In this document: positions 1 through 8,226 of the stretch, one piece after another
Numbering within the stretch: position 1 is the first letter of the stretch
Layout of the letters: each line of letters opens with the position of its first letter
Source: Gammaproteobacteria bacterium
GTDB lineage: Bacteria > Pseudomonadota > Gammaproteobacteria > Steroidobacterales > Steroidobacteraceae
Direction of reading: 5' to 3'
NCBI GenBank assembly: GCA_025357915.1
Contig: JANYLH010000044.1
Location: forward strand, 14,390 to 78,389
Length of the DNA: 64,000 nucleotides
Program-made: the position numbers and the translations under genes
Notes under the pieces: model-generated
Seen by the model: the letters and a program-made list of their open reading frames with translations, nothing else
Told to the model about the DNA's origin: nothing
The model's database searches: none

Positions 1-438
1 GCTTTTGGCGGACCGCGACCGGATTTCATAGCGGTAAGCTGGCCCACCGCGCCGGGCGGCGTCATTCGCGACGAACTGCAACGACCGGAACTCCTGCATT
101 TTGCGCCGGACCGCTGGCTCGCGCCCGGCCCGACTGCGCAGGTGAGCGCGCTCCTGAGGGCGGCTGCAGACACCGGTGCCGGAGTACTGGTCGACGCGAC
201 GGGCAAGTGGGTCGAGCTGCTGATTGCCGGACCGGGCGCCGCGCGCCTGCTCGCGAGCGCCATCGCCGTCGAAGCGGTGCTGGATCGTCGCGGCTGTGCC
301 GCGGTAACGCTGTTCGATTGCCCAGCGATCCTGGCGCGGCAGAACGACGATTTCGTGCTGTGGGTGCAGGCAAGCTATGCCGCGGACTTCATCGCCACGG
401 CGGAGCGCTTCAGGGCCATGCTTCGATCGGGAGCCTAG
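1..438 (+). CDS. sarcosine oxidase gamma-subunit-like protein (5' end cut by window edge)
   Basis: Frame 1 is open from nt 1 to the stop at 436-438 (AFGGPRPDF...LLHFAPDRWLAPGP...VELLIAGPGAARLL...DDFVLWVQASYAADF). The pattern resembles SoxG/GcvT-C-like proteins. The call rests on motif-level resemblance only. Confidence 0.4.
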   Translation, partial: AFGGPRPDFIAVSWPTAPGGVIRDELQRPELLHFAPDRWLAPGPTAQVSALLRAAADTGAGVLVDATGKWVELLIAGPGAARLLASAIAVEAVLDRRGCAAVTLFDCPAILARQNDDFVLWVQASYAADFIATAERFRAMLRSGA

Positions 439-1253
439 CGAACCCGGGTTCCCACGCGGAGTGATTCCCAGCTCGCGTCCGCCGTCCAGCCGCCATCGAC
501 CGGCAAACTGACGCCATTGATGAAACCGCTGTGGTCGCCGTCGGCGAGGAAGGCGATCGCCGCCGCCACGTCCGCAGCGCTGGCAAAACGCGCCAGCGGC
601 ACGCGATCGACGATGTCCCGGTCCGTGTACTGGCCCGACGCCTGATCCACCGCGTCCATTTCCGTCTTGATCCAGCCTGGGCACACGGCATTCACCCGCA
701 CGCCGCGGCCGCCCCACTCCGCCGCCAGCGTGCGGGTCAGGCCGATCAGCCCGTGCTTCGAGGCGTTATAGGCGCTGCGATGGCTGACGCCGGCGAGGCC
801 GGCAACCGAGGCCACGTTGATGATGCTGCCGCGAGCGCGCGCCAGCATCTGCGCGCCCAGGTGCCGGCACAGCAGGAACGGACCCCGCAGGTTGATGTCC
901 ATGACGCGCTGCCATTGCGCTGCGGTCGTGTCCTCCGCCCGCTCGATCAGGCTGATGCCGGCGTTGTTCACCAGCACGTCGGCGGCGCCGCATTCGGCCT
1001 GGACCTGCGCCGTGAGTTGTATGGCGAACGCTTCCGAGGAGACGTCGCCACGGATGCCGCGCACGTGCAACCCCATGGCTTCAAGCCGCGCGACCTGCGT
1101 ATCAAGGTCCTGGATGTCGGCCAGCCAGACCTGGTAACCGCGCTGCGCCAGCAAGGTTGCGGTAGCCAGGCCCACGCCCTGGGCGGCCCCGGTCACGACG
1201 GCAGTTCTGCTCACTGTTGCTCTCCCCGATCGCGACGCGCGGTGCGATTGCAC
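435..1253 (-). CDS. short-chain dehydrogenase/reductase (SDR family oxidoreductase)
   Basis: It has a TGAAQGVG Rossmann motif, NNAGI, and a YNASKHG catalytic Y-x3-K. The length suits a classical SDR. The start could instead be the GTG at 1215. Confidence 0.85.
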   Translation of the reverse strand: MQSHRASRSGRATVSRTAVVTGAAQGVGLATATLLAQRGYQVWLADIQDLDTQVARLEAMGLHVRGIRGDVSSEAFAIQLTAQVQAECGAADVLVNNAGISLIERAEDTTAAQWQRVMDINLRGPFLLCRHLGAQMLARARGSIINVASVAGLAGVSHRSAYNASKHGLIGLTRTLAAEWGGRGVRVNAVCPGWIKTEMDAVDQASGQYTDRDIVDRVPLARFASAADVAAAIAFLADGDHSGFINGVSLPVDGGWTADASWESLRVGTRVR

Positions 1254-1316
1254 GCGGCAATTGTGCCGTGCATAGTGGGCACCAGGCCAATATTCACGAG
1301 CCGCCTAGAGAATGAC

Positions 1317-3185
1317 ATGAACCGGATTCCCACACAGCTTGACCGGCGCGAAATGCTTGCGCTCACCCTGGCGGCCGCGGCCACGGCGGCGTTGCCGCGC
1401 AGCGGCGCAGCCGCCGATGCCCCCGGGGCAGCGGCCAGCGGCTTTGCGACCCTGCTGGCGGGTTTCGCCGAGGACATCCTGCGGCTCAAGCCCGAGACGG
1501 CGACCTCGCTGGGCCTCGACCGCGGCGCGCACCGCGCGCTCAAGAGCCAGCTGGACGAAAATTCCACCGACACCGACGAGCGCTGGTCGTCACTGGTACA
1601 CGTGATGCTGGCGGGGCTCCGCAAGATAGACCGCGCGCAGCTCACGCCGCTCGACCAGCTCCGTTACGACACCGTCAAGTATGCGGCGACCGTGGGCGCA
1701 GAGGGCAGTTGGTTTGTCTGCGGCCGGGCGGAGGCCGCTTTCAACAACAACGGTATCGCGCCCTTCCCGGTTACGCAGCAGGACGGAGCGGTCAGCGGCG
1801 TGCCCGAATTCCTCGATTCGCAGCACCAGATCGCCGATGCGGGCGACGCCGAGGCATATCTGGCCCGCGTGGTGGCTTTCGCCGGCCGGATCGATGAGGA
1901 AAATACGCGGATCGCGGCCCAGGCCGCCAAGGGTGTGATGCCCCCGGCGTTCATTGCCAGCAACGCACTCGGCATACTCACTCAATACCGCCGCACGCCA
2001 ATTGCGCAGCAGAAGCTGGTCACTTCGCTGGTGACGCGCGCCGGGGCGTTGGGCCTGAAGGGCGACTGGGAGAACCGGGTGACGCAGGCCGTGCGCAAGC
2101 AGGTCTATCCGGCGCTCGACCGCCAGATCGCGGCGTTCGCGAAAGCGACCGAGCATGCGCCCGACACGGCCGGGGTCGATCGGCTGCCCGACGGCGAGGC
2201 CTATTACCGCTGGGCGCTCAAGCTCGGTACCACCACCGACATGAGCCCGGAGGAGATCCACGCCGTCGGCCTCGAACAGAACCGGGCCATACAGTCGCGG
2301 ATGGATGCGGTGCTTAAGGCGCAGGGCATGACGCAGGGGAGCGTGGGCGAGCGTGTGCTCTCGCTCAGCAGCGATCCACGCCAGCTGTTCGCGGACACCG
2401 ACGAGGGCCGCGCCCAGCTGATCGACTACTGCAACGAGCGGGTCGCCGCCAACCGCGCGCTGATGCCGAAGCTCTCGCACCTCGCGCTCAAGGCGCCGCT
2501 CCGAGTCAGGCGCGTGCCCGCAGACATCCAGGATGGTGCGCCGCTTGGCTACATGAACGGCGCTTCGATCGACGGGGTGCGACCGGCCACCTACTACATC
2601 AATCTCAAATCGACCAGCCTCTGGCCCAAGTACCAGATTCCCAGCCTGACTGCGCACGAAGGCCTGCCCGGGCACGCCTGGCAGGGGGCCTATCTGACGG
2701 AACTCAGCGGCGAAATTCCCCTGATATTCCAGTTGATGGGGTTCAACGCCTTCATCGAAGGCTGGGCGCTCTACGCCGAACAGACAGTCGACGAACTAGG
2801 CATTTATGCCAATGACCCCTTCGGCCAGCTCGGCTATCTGCAGGCACAGCAGTACCGCGCCTGCCGCCTGGTGATCGACACCGGCATCCACGCGATGAAG
2901 TGGACGCGCGAGCAGGCGATCCAATTTATGGTCACCGAGACCGGCAAGGCGCGCGACTTTGCAACCAGCGAGATCGATCGTTACTGCGTGAGCCCGGGGC
3001 AGGCCTGCGGTTATAAGGTCGGCCACAACGAGATCCTGCTGCAGCGCGAACGCGCCAAGGCGGCACTCGGCGAGCGCTTCGATCTGGCGGCCTTCAACGA
3101 CGCCCTGGTCCGCACCGGCGGCGTGCCGCTCGGCGTGCTGGGCACGGCCATCGATCAGTTCATCGCCGGGAACCGCGCATCATGA
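1317..3185 (+). CDS. DUF885 family protein with Tat-like signal peptide
   Basis: The ATG at 1317 gives MNRIPTQLDRREMLALTLAAAATAALP, a twin-arginine-like signal. A HEGLPGHAWQ (HExxPGH) motif typical of DUF885 is present. The tracked ORF start at 531 is an antisense-overlap artefact. Confidence 0.8.
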   Translation: MNRIPTQLDRREMLALTLAAAATAALPRSGAAADAPGAAASGFATLLAGFAEDILRLKPETATSLGLDRGAHRALKSQLDENSTDTDERWSSLVHVMLAGLRKIDRAQLTPLDQLRYDTVKYAATVGAEGSWFVCGRAEAAFNNNGIAPFPVTQQDGAVSGVPEFLDSQHQIADAGDAEAYLARVVAFAGRIDEENTRIAAQAAKGVMPPAFIASNALGILTQYRRTPIAQQKLVTSLVTRAGALGLKGDWENRVTQAVRKQVYPALDRQIAAFAKATEHAPDTAGVDRLPDGEAYYRWALKLGTTTDMSPEEIHAVGLEQNRAIQSRMDAVLKAQGMTQGSVGERVLSLSSDPRQLFADTDEGRAQLIDYCNERVAANRALMPKLSHLALKAPLRVRRVPADIQDGAPLGYMNGASIDGVRPATYYINLKSTSLWPKYQIPSLTAHEGLPGHAWQGAYLTELSGEIPLIFQLMGFNAFIEGWALYAEQTVDELGIYANDPFGQLGYLQAQQYRACRLVIDTGIHAMKWTREQAIQFMVTETGKARDFATSEIDRYCVSPGQACGYKVGHNEILLQRERAKAALGERFDLAAFNDALVRTGGVPLGVLGTAIDQFIAGNRAS

Positions 3186-3613
3186 TCCGGACTGCCGCGG
3201 CACTCTGGTTTGGCGACCTGCGTACCGGCGATGGCTCGTTGACCACGCACAGCGGCGCGCTGGAACAGACGCCCTACTCGTTTGCGCCCCGCTTCGGCGA
3301 CGCACCTGGCACCAACCCGGAAGAACTGCTCGCCGCCGCGCACGCGGGCTGCTTCACGATGGCGGTGTGCGCCGCGCTGACGCGCGCGGGCTTCAAGCCC
3401 ACGCGGCTGTCGACCCAGGCGGCAGTGAGCCTCGAACAGGTGCAGGGTACCTGGACCATCACGGCCTCTCACCTGGAAATGCGCGCGGTGGTGCCGGAAG
3501 TGACCGCCGAGCGCTTCGCCGAAATCGCGGCTGACGCCAAGGCCAACTGCCCCGTGTCGCGTGCCCTGAACCTGCAGATCACACTGGATGCCCAGCTCGA
3601 TACCGGGCGCTAG
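3182..3613 (+). CDS. osmC: OsmC family peroxiredoxin
   Basis: Two conserved Cys contexts are present (AAHAGCFTMA and KANCPVSRAL). The length is 143 aa. ATGA start/stop overlap with the upstream gene. Confidence 0.85.
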   Translation: MIRTAAALWFGDLRTGDGSLTTHSGALEQTPYSFAPRFGDAPGTNPEELLAAAHAGCFTMAVCAALTRAGFKPTRLSTQAAVSLEQVQGTWTITASHLEMRAVVPEVTAERFAEIAADAKANCPVSRALNLQITLDAQLDTGR

Positions 3614-3627
3614 CGAGCGAGCGTCGC

Positions 3628-4014
3628 CTAGCTCATGCGCCGCACCGCCATGACCGTGGCGATGCCCAGAATCGTCAGCGCCACCGAACCGACGACGTGC
3701 ACGGCGATTTCGGCGCCGGCCATGATCAGACGGCCCTGCTGGAGCAGCCGGGCAACCTCCGCGGAAAAGGTCGAAAACGTGGTCAGCCCGCCCAGGAACC
3801 CGGTGATCACCAGGAGCCGCAATTCGGGCGCCATCCCGAGCGGCGCCGACAGCGTCTCCATGGCGACGCCTACCAGGTAGCCGCCCAGCAGGTTGGCCGC
3901 GAGCGTGCCGGGGGGAATCGCCGGGAACAGCCCGTTGATGCCCAGCCCCAGGAGCCAGCGCAGCACGGCCCCCGCAGCGGCGCCGACGCTGATCAGCGCG
4001 ATCGAGTTGAGCAT
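3628..4014 (-). CDS. crcB: fluoride ion channel CrcB/FluC
   Basis: A 128-aa four-TM protein with GTLAANLLG...[13 protein letters not shown], which are CrcB signatures. Confidence 0.9.
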   Translation of the reverse strand: MLNSIALISVGAAAGAVLRWLLGLGINGLFPAIPPGTLAANLLGGYLVGVAMETLSAPLGMAPELRLLVITGFLGGLTTFSTFSAEVARLLQQGRLIMAGAEIAVHVVGSVALTILGIATVMAVRRMS

Positions 4015-4130
4015 GCGTGCTTACCGGTGGCTCTCATCCCGTCATCGTCCACGGAAGCGCCGGCGACATCAAGCCCGCGCCTGACGGCCATGACACCGGG
4101 CGATATGCTGGTTAGACTCCATGCCCCATC

Positions 4131-4706
4131 GTGCATGCCTTGTTGATCAGTGCCGGAGTCGTCGCGCTCGCGGAAATCGGCGACAAGACCCAATTGCTGG
4201 CGCTGCTGCTCGCGACCCGCTTCCGCAGGCCGATCCCCGTCATCGCCGGAATCGTGGTCGCCACGCTGGCGAATCACTCGCTGGCCGGCCTGCTCGGCGC
4301 GTGGGTCATGCGGGCGCTCAGCCCGTCAGCGCTCCATTGGCTGCTGGCGCTGGGTTTCATCGGCATGGGCTTGTGGACACTGGTACCCGATAAGGCTGAT
4401 GACACGCCGCTGCAACGGGCCGGGCTCAGCGCCTTTGGCACCACACTGATCGCTTTCTTCCTGGTCGAAATGGGCGATAAGACCCAGGTCGCCACCGCCA
4501 TGCTTGCCGCCCGCTATGCGCCGCTGGCCGCGGTCGTCATCGGCACGACCTGCGGCATGCTGATCGCCGATGTGCCGGCCGTGCTGCTGGGCGAGGGTGT
4601 CACGCGCCTGTTGCCGATCACGACCGTGCGCCGCTGCGCCGCGGCCCTGTTCGTGCTGCTGGGCCTGGCCACACTCCTCGGCGGCGAGGGTATCCTCCAG
4701 CCGTGA
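4131..4706 (+). CDS. GDT1/TMEM165 (UPF0016) family cation (Mn2+/Ca2+) transporter
   Basis: The E-x-G-D-K-T motif is duplicated (EIGDKTQ and EMGDKTQ) within a six-TM, 191-aa protein. Confidence 0.85.
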   Translation: MHALLISAGVVALAEIGDKTQLLALLLATRFRRPIPVIAGIVVATLANHSLAGLLGAWVMRALSPSALHWLLALGFIGMGLWTLVPDKADDTPLQRAGLSAFGTTLIAFFLVEMGDKTQVATAMLAARYAPLAAVVIGTTCGMLIADVPAVLLGEGVTRLLPITTVRRCAAALFVLLGLATLLGGEGILQP

Positions 4707-5551
4707 ACCCCTCGCCCCTGCACGACCGATTGATCGCGCTGCCCGAGACGCGCGAACTCGACCTGTTCGCAGCCCTGCTCGAGCGCCGCGGCGCGCGCGT
4801 GCTGCGCGCACCGCTGGTGGCGATCCGTGATGCGGGCGACCCGGAGCCGGTGCTGCGCTGGCTGCGCGAGTTCTCCGCTGGCGGTTGCCACGAGCTGGTG
4901 CTGCTGACCGGCGAAGGGCTGCGGCGGCTACTCGCCTGCATCGAGCGCCACGAACCCGGACTCCGCCCGGCCTTTATCGCCGCGCTGGCGCACGCCCGCA
5001 AGATCACGCGTGGACCGAAGCCCGCGCGCGCCCTGCGCGAACTGGGGCTCAGCACCGACCTGGAAGCGGCTACGCCGACCACCGCTGGCGTCATCGCCAC
5101 GCTCGCCACGCTGCAGCTCGCTGGCCACGTGGTCGGCGTGCAGCTCTATGGGAGCGAGGCGAATCTGCCCCTGCAACAGTACCTGCGTGCTGCCGGCGCC
5201 GAAGTCCGCGTTGTCGCCCCCTACGTCTACGCGGACGCGGCTGATGACGCCGCGGTACGCGCCCTGCTCACACGGCTGACCAGCGGCGAGGTCGACGCGA
5301 TCGCCTTCACCAGCAAGACCCAGGTCGCACGGCTGTTCACCGTGGCCGATGCCGCGTCCGTGCTGGCCGCGCTCGCAGCCACGCAGGTGGCGGCGGTTGG
5401 CCCGGTGGTGGCGGCCGCGCTGACCGAGCGCGGCGTGACGGTCAGCGCCATGCCGGAATCAAACTGGTTCATGAAGCCGTTGTCGGCGGAGCTGGCGCGG
5501 CTCATGGGCGGCGGCGCCGAACCGGACGGGACCGGTGCGGTTCAGGAATAG
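4703..5551 (+). CDS. uroporphyrinogen-III synthase (HemD) family protein
   Basis: A 282-aa protein with a two-lobed HemD-like pattern (LLTGEG..., AFTSKTQV...). It overlaps the upstream gene by 4 nt. This is a family-level call only. Confidence 0.65.
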   Translation: MNPSPLHDRLIALPETRELDLFAALLERRGARVLRAPLVAIRDAGDPEPVLRWLREFSAGGCHELVLLTGEGLRRLLACIERHEPGLRPAFIAALAHARKITRGPKPARALRELGLSTDLEAATPTTAGVIATLATLQLAGHVVGVQLYGSEANLPLQQYLRAAGAEVRVVAPYVYADAADDAAVRALLTRLTSGEVDAIAFTSKTQVARLFTVADAASVLAALAATQVAAVGPVVAAALTERGVTVSAMPESNWFMKPLSAELARLMGGGAEPDGTGAVQE

Positions 5552-6069
5552 AAGCGCTGCAGAAAGCCGATGAACTGCTCGAATTCCGCGCGCGTGAAAC
5601 GGCTGGCCATCTGCCGCTCGAGGGTGCGGACCTGCGCAACCAGTGATGCCAGCGCCTCGGCGCCGCGGGCGGTGAGGAAGATCCCTTGCCGGCGGCGGTC
5701 GCGCGTGGAACGCTGGCGATCGAGCATGCCGTCCTTTTCCAGGCGGTCGAGCAGCGCCACGATGCTGGCCTTGTCGATACCCAGATGCTGGCCCAACTCG
5801 ATCTGGGCGATGCCGGGGTTTGAGCCGACCAGCACCAGCAGGCTGAACAACCCGGGACGGATGTTGTTCTCGCCGATGACGGCAACGTACTGGCGCCACA
5901 TGCACAGGTGCGCGCGCCGCAGGTTGAAGCCCAGGAACCGCGGCAGGCAGCCCAGATCGACGCGTGCGTCCGCGGCACGCTCGACGCGGGCTCTGGCCAC
6001 GCGCCGCGACACGGTGCGCGCGCGATCCGCTACCGGACTGGTCCGCACACCAGATGCAACTGTCGTCAT
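5542..6069 (-). CDS. MarR family transcriptional regulator
   Basis: Winged-helix segment: GIAQIELGQHLGIDKASIVALLDRLEKDGMLDRQRSTRDRRRQGIFLTARG. Confidence 0.85.
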   Translation of the reverse strand: MTTVASGVRTSPVADRARTVSRRVARARVERAADARVDLGCLPRFLGFNLRRAHLCMWRQYVAVIGENNIRPGLFSLLVLVGSNPGIAQIELGQHLGIDKASIVALLDRLEKDGMLDRQRSTRDRRRQGIFLTARGAEALASLVAQVRTLERQMASRFTRAEFEQFIGFLQRFYS

Positions 6070-6162
6070 CGTAAGCCCCCGCGCACCGCGCGATAGCGGC
6101 CGGGGAAAAGTATAGGTTCGTTATTGTTCGTAGTGCAAATAGTTCGATTTAATGCATTGCAT

Positions 6163-7119
6163 CTAAGCCGGCGGTGGCGGTCCACCTCTGCTGACCGCGG
6201 CGGCGATCGCCACTGCGGTCTGCAGCGCGCGCATGCCGTCCTCGCCGCTGACTACGACGGGACGCTCACCGCGGCAGCTGGCCAGGAATGCCTCGATCTC
6301 GCTGCGCAACGCGTCGCCGGGTTCGAACGACTGCTCGTCGATGGTGACCGGAAGCCGCGCCTCGCCTGCCGCCACCGGCTGCTTGCGGATGACGGTGAGG
6401 ATCTTCTGCTGCAGGTCGAGCGACAGATAGGCGTCGTCCTGGAAGATACGCAGCTTGCGCTCGGTCTTAAGACTGACGCGGCTGGCGGTGGCATTGGCCA
6501 CGCAACCGTTGGCAAAGCGGATGCGTGCGTTGGCGATATCGATCTCGGAGGAAAACACCGGCGTGCCGACGGCGTCGATGTGCGCGATGTCGCTGCCGAC
6601 GATGCTCTGCACGATGTCGAGATCGTGAATCATCAGGTCGAGCACCACGTTGACGTCGGTGCCGCGCTCGCGGAACGGCGCCAGGCGCTGGCAGTCGATG
6701 AAACGCGGCGCCCGCAGCTGAGGTTCGGCGGCGACGATGGTCGGGTTGAAACGCTCGAGGTGACCCACCTGCAGCACGCGCCCGGCGCGGCGCGCAGCGC
6801 TGATGAGCCGCTGCGCCTGGGCGACGGTTTCGGTAATCGGCTTTTCAACCAGCACGTGCGCGCCCGATTCCAGGAACGCGAGCGCGATCTCGCAGTGCGC
6901 CGCGGTGGGCGTCACGATGCTCACCGCGTCGACCTTGCCGAGCAACTCGCGGTAATCGCCCACCGCGCGCGTGCCCAGTTCCTGCGCGACCGCACTGCCC
7001 GGCCCGGGACGCGAGTCGGCGACCGCAAACAGCTCGCAGCGCTCGAGCGCCGCGTATTTCTGCGCGTGGAATCTGCCCAGGTAGCCGACGCCCACAACCG
7101 CTACGCGGAGTCTGTCCAT
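6163..7119 (-). CDS. Gfo/Idh/MocA family NAD-dependent oxidoreductase
   Basis: MDRLRVAVVGVGYLGRFHAQKY is an N-terminal Rossmann motif, and EKP is present in VLVEKPIT. I prefer the internal ATG at 7119 over the ORF-track start at 7191. Confidence 0.8.
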   Translation of the reverse strand: MDRLRVAVVGVGYLGRFHAQKYAALERCELFAVADSRPGPGSAVAQELGTRAVGDYRELLGKVDAVSIVTPTAAHCEIALAFLESGAHVLVEKPITETVAQAQRLISAARRAGRVLQVGHLERFNPTIVAAEPQLRAPRFIDCQRLAPFRERGTDVNVVLDLMIHDLDIVQSIVGSDIAHIDAVGTPVFSSEIDIANARIRFANGCVANATASRVSLKTERKLRIFQDDAYLSLDLQQKILTVIRKQPVAAGEARLPVTIDEQSFEPGDALRSEIEAFLASCRGERPVVVSGEDGMRALQTAVAIAAAVSRGGPPPPA

Positions 7120-7181
7120 GGGCGTTATTATGCCCGCTCCGGCCGGCGCCACACCGCCCGCCTCCCGATCGAGGGCCCTGC

Positions 7182-7472
7182 ATGCCGTCACTGCTTAAAT
7201 TCTGGCGCCGCTACCGGCAAACGCGCGGTCTGCAGCACGAACTCCTGGCCTTTGGCCTCTGCCTTGCCTTCGGGCTGATCGTGATGCCGCTGCTGATCTG
7301 GGCGATCGGCTCGGCGAAGCTTGGCCCCTATGCAGGCGGCGGGCTGGGCGCGCTGTGGGGCGACTACCTGCTCGCGCTCCTCAAGGGGTCGCTGGCCTAC
7401 TGGCTGGTTGCGCTCGGCCCCTACGCCGGGCTCTGGCTGTTGCGCGGGGTACGCTACCGGCTGAGCCGGTAA
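7182..7472 (+). CDS. hypothetical small membrane protein
   Basis: A 96-aa ORF with 2-3 hydrophobic helices (LLAFGLCLAFGLIVMPLLIWAI and YWLVALGPYAGLWLL). It is divergent from the oxidoreductase gene. No family recognised. Confidence 0.4.
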   Translation: MPSLLKFWRRYRQTRGLQHELLAFGLCLAFGLIVMPLLIWAIGSAKLGPYAGGGLGALWGDYLLALLKGSLAYWLVALGPYAGLWLLRGVRYRLSR

Positions 7473-7568
7473 ACTTTGCAGGCCAAACTGTCGACTGCGT
7501 CACATTTAAGCTCATTACGGGCCGCGCCGGACTCTACTGCAGGGGCGCGGGAGCGGGCATGGTGACGC

Positions 7569-7817
7569 ATGCAGCCCAGCGCAATGGCTGCCGGAACTGC
7601 AATGCTGGAAAAGAAACCTCGTTATGTCGCCGACCCGGCGCCGCGGGCTGAACCGAGCGTCGCCGACGCCCGCGACGCCACGCTGGAGCGCATCCGCAGG
7701 ACACTGGTTACTTCGCGGCTGACGCTGGCCGGCGAAGCCGCTGGCAGCGATCCTTACGACAGCCGCCGTGGCAGGGAACCCGGAGCGGTCTGGGGCAACC
7801 GCGGCCCGGCCCGGTAA
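7569..7817 (+). CDS. hypothetical protein (weak call)
   Basis: An 82-aa ORF with GC-rich third codon positions in an otherwise unassigned gap. No recognisable motif. Confidence 0.25.
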   Translation: MQPSAMAAGTAMLEKKPRYVADPAPRAEPSVADARDATLERIRRTLVTSRLTLAGEAAGSDPYDSRRGREPGAVWGNRGPAR

Positions 7818-7823
7818 CGTGCC

Positions 7824-8111
7824 TCAGGCCGGCCAGTAGCGCCACGCCAGCGCCAGGAGGAGTGCCAGCAGCAACGCTTGCGCCGGCCGCCGCCAGGCCC
7901 GGCCCTGAAGTTCGCCGATAAATCCCGCCGCCGCGACCAGCGCCAGTGACCAGGACCAGGCCAGCGCCTTGAGGAGCGGCAGATGCTCGCCTGCCAGCCT
8001 GGCCGAGTACTCCGGCAGCAGCATGAAGACGATCCCCGTCATGCCCAGCGAAACGGCCATGGCTACGGCCGAACCCAGAACGATTCCCAGCAGGACTGTC
8101 AAAGGCTTCAT
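7824..8111 (-). CDS. hypothetical small membrane protein
   Basis: A 95-aa ORF with three hydrophobic helices. No family recognised. Confidence 0.45.
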   Translation of the reverse strand: MKPLTVLLGIVLGSAVAMAVSLGMTGIVFMLLPEYSARLAGEHLPLLKALAWSWSLALVAAAGFIGELQGRAWRRPAQALLLALLLALAWRYWPA

Positions 8112-8226
8112 GATTTCATGTACCTGATCAGCTTGAATCCACAGTTCTTAAGCCTCATACCTGCCCTGTTGCCGGCAAAGCTGTCAGACTTGTGCCGTTC
8201 ACGTACTGCCTGGAGCCCCTGCCCGC

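Noticed and set aside
531-1316. N-terminal 262 codons of the 884-aa ORF-track entry (531..3185)
   Set aside because: This part lies antisense to the well-supported SDR gene and has Arg/His/Ala-rich junk composition. The DUF885 protein starts with a clear Tat-like signal at the ATG at 1317.
4015-4130. Possible fluoride riboswitch upstream of crcB (minus strand), or a yybP-ykoY Mn riboswitch upstream of the GDT1-family gene (plus strand), in the 116-bp divergent spacer
   Set aside because: I reverse-complemented and read the spacer. It contains GATG-like fragments (GGGCTTGATGTCGCC...GACGATGACGGG). I could not build the conserved crcB-motif P1/pseudoknot (GGxGAUGG...CUGAUGAUGCCUAC-like) from it. 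The GGGGAGUAG / AAGACC elements of yybP-ykoY are also absent. A covariance-model scan would settle it.
6124-7278. 384-aa plus-strand ORF
   Set aside because: It is antisense to the Gfo/Idh/MocA oxidoreductase, whose Rossmann and EKP motifs are on the minus strand.
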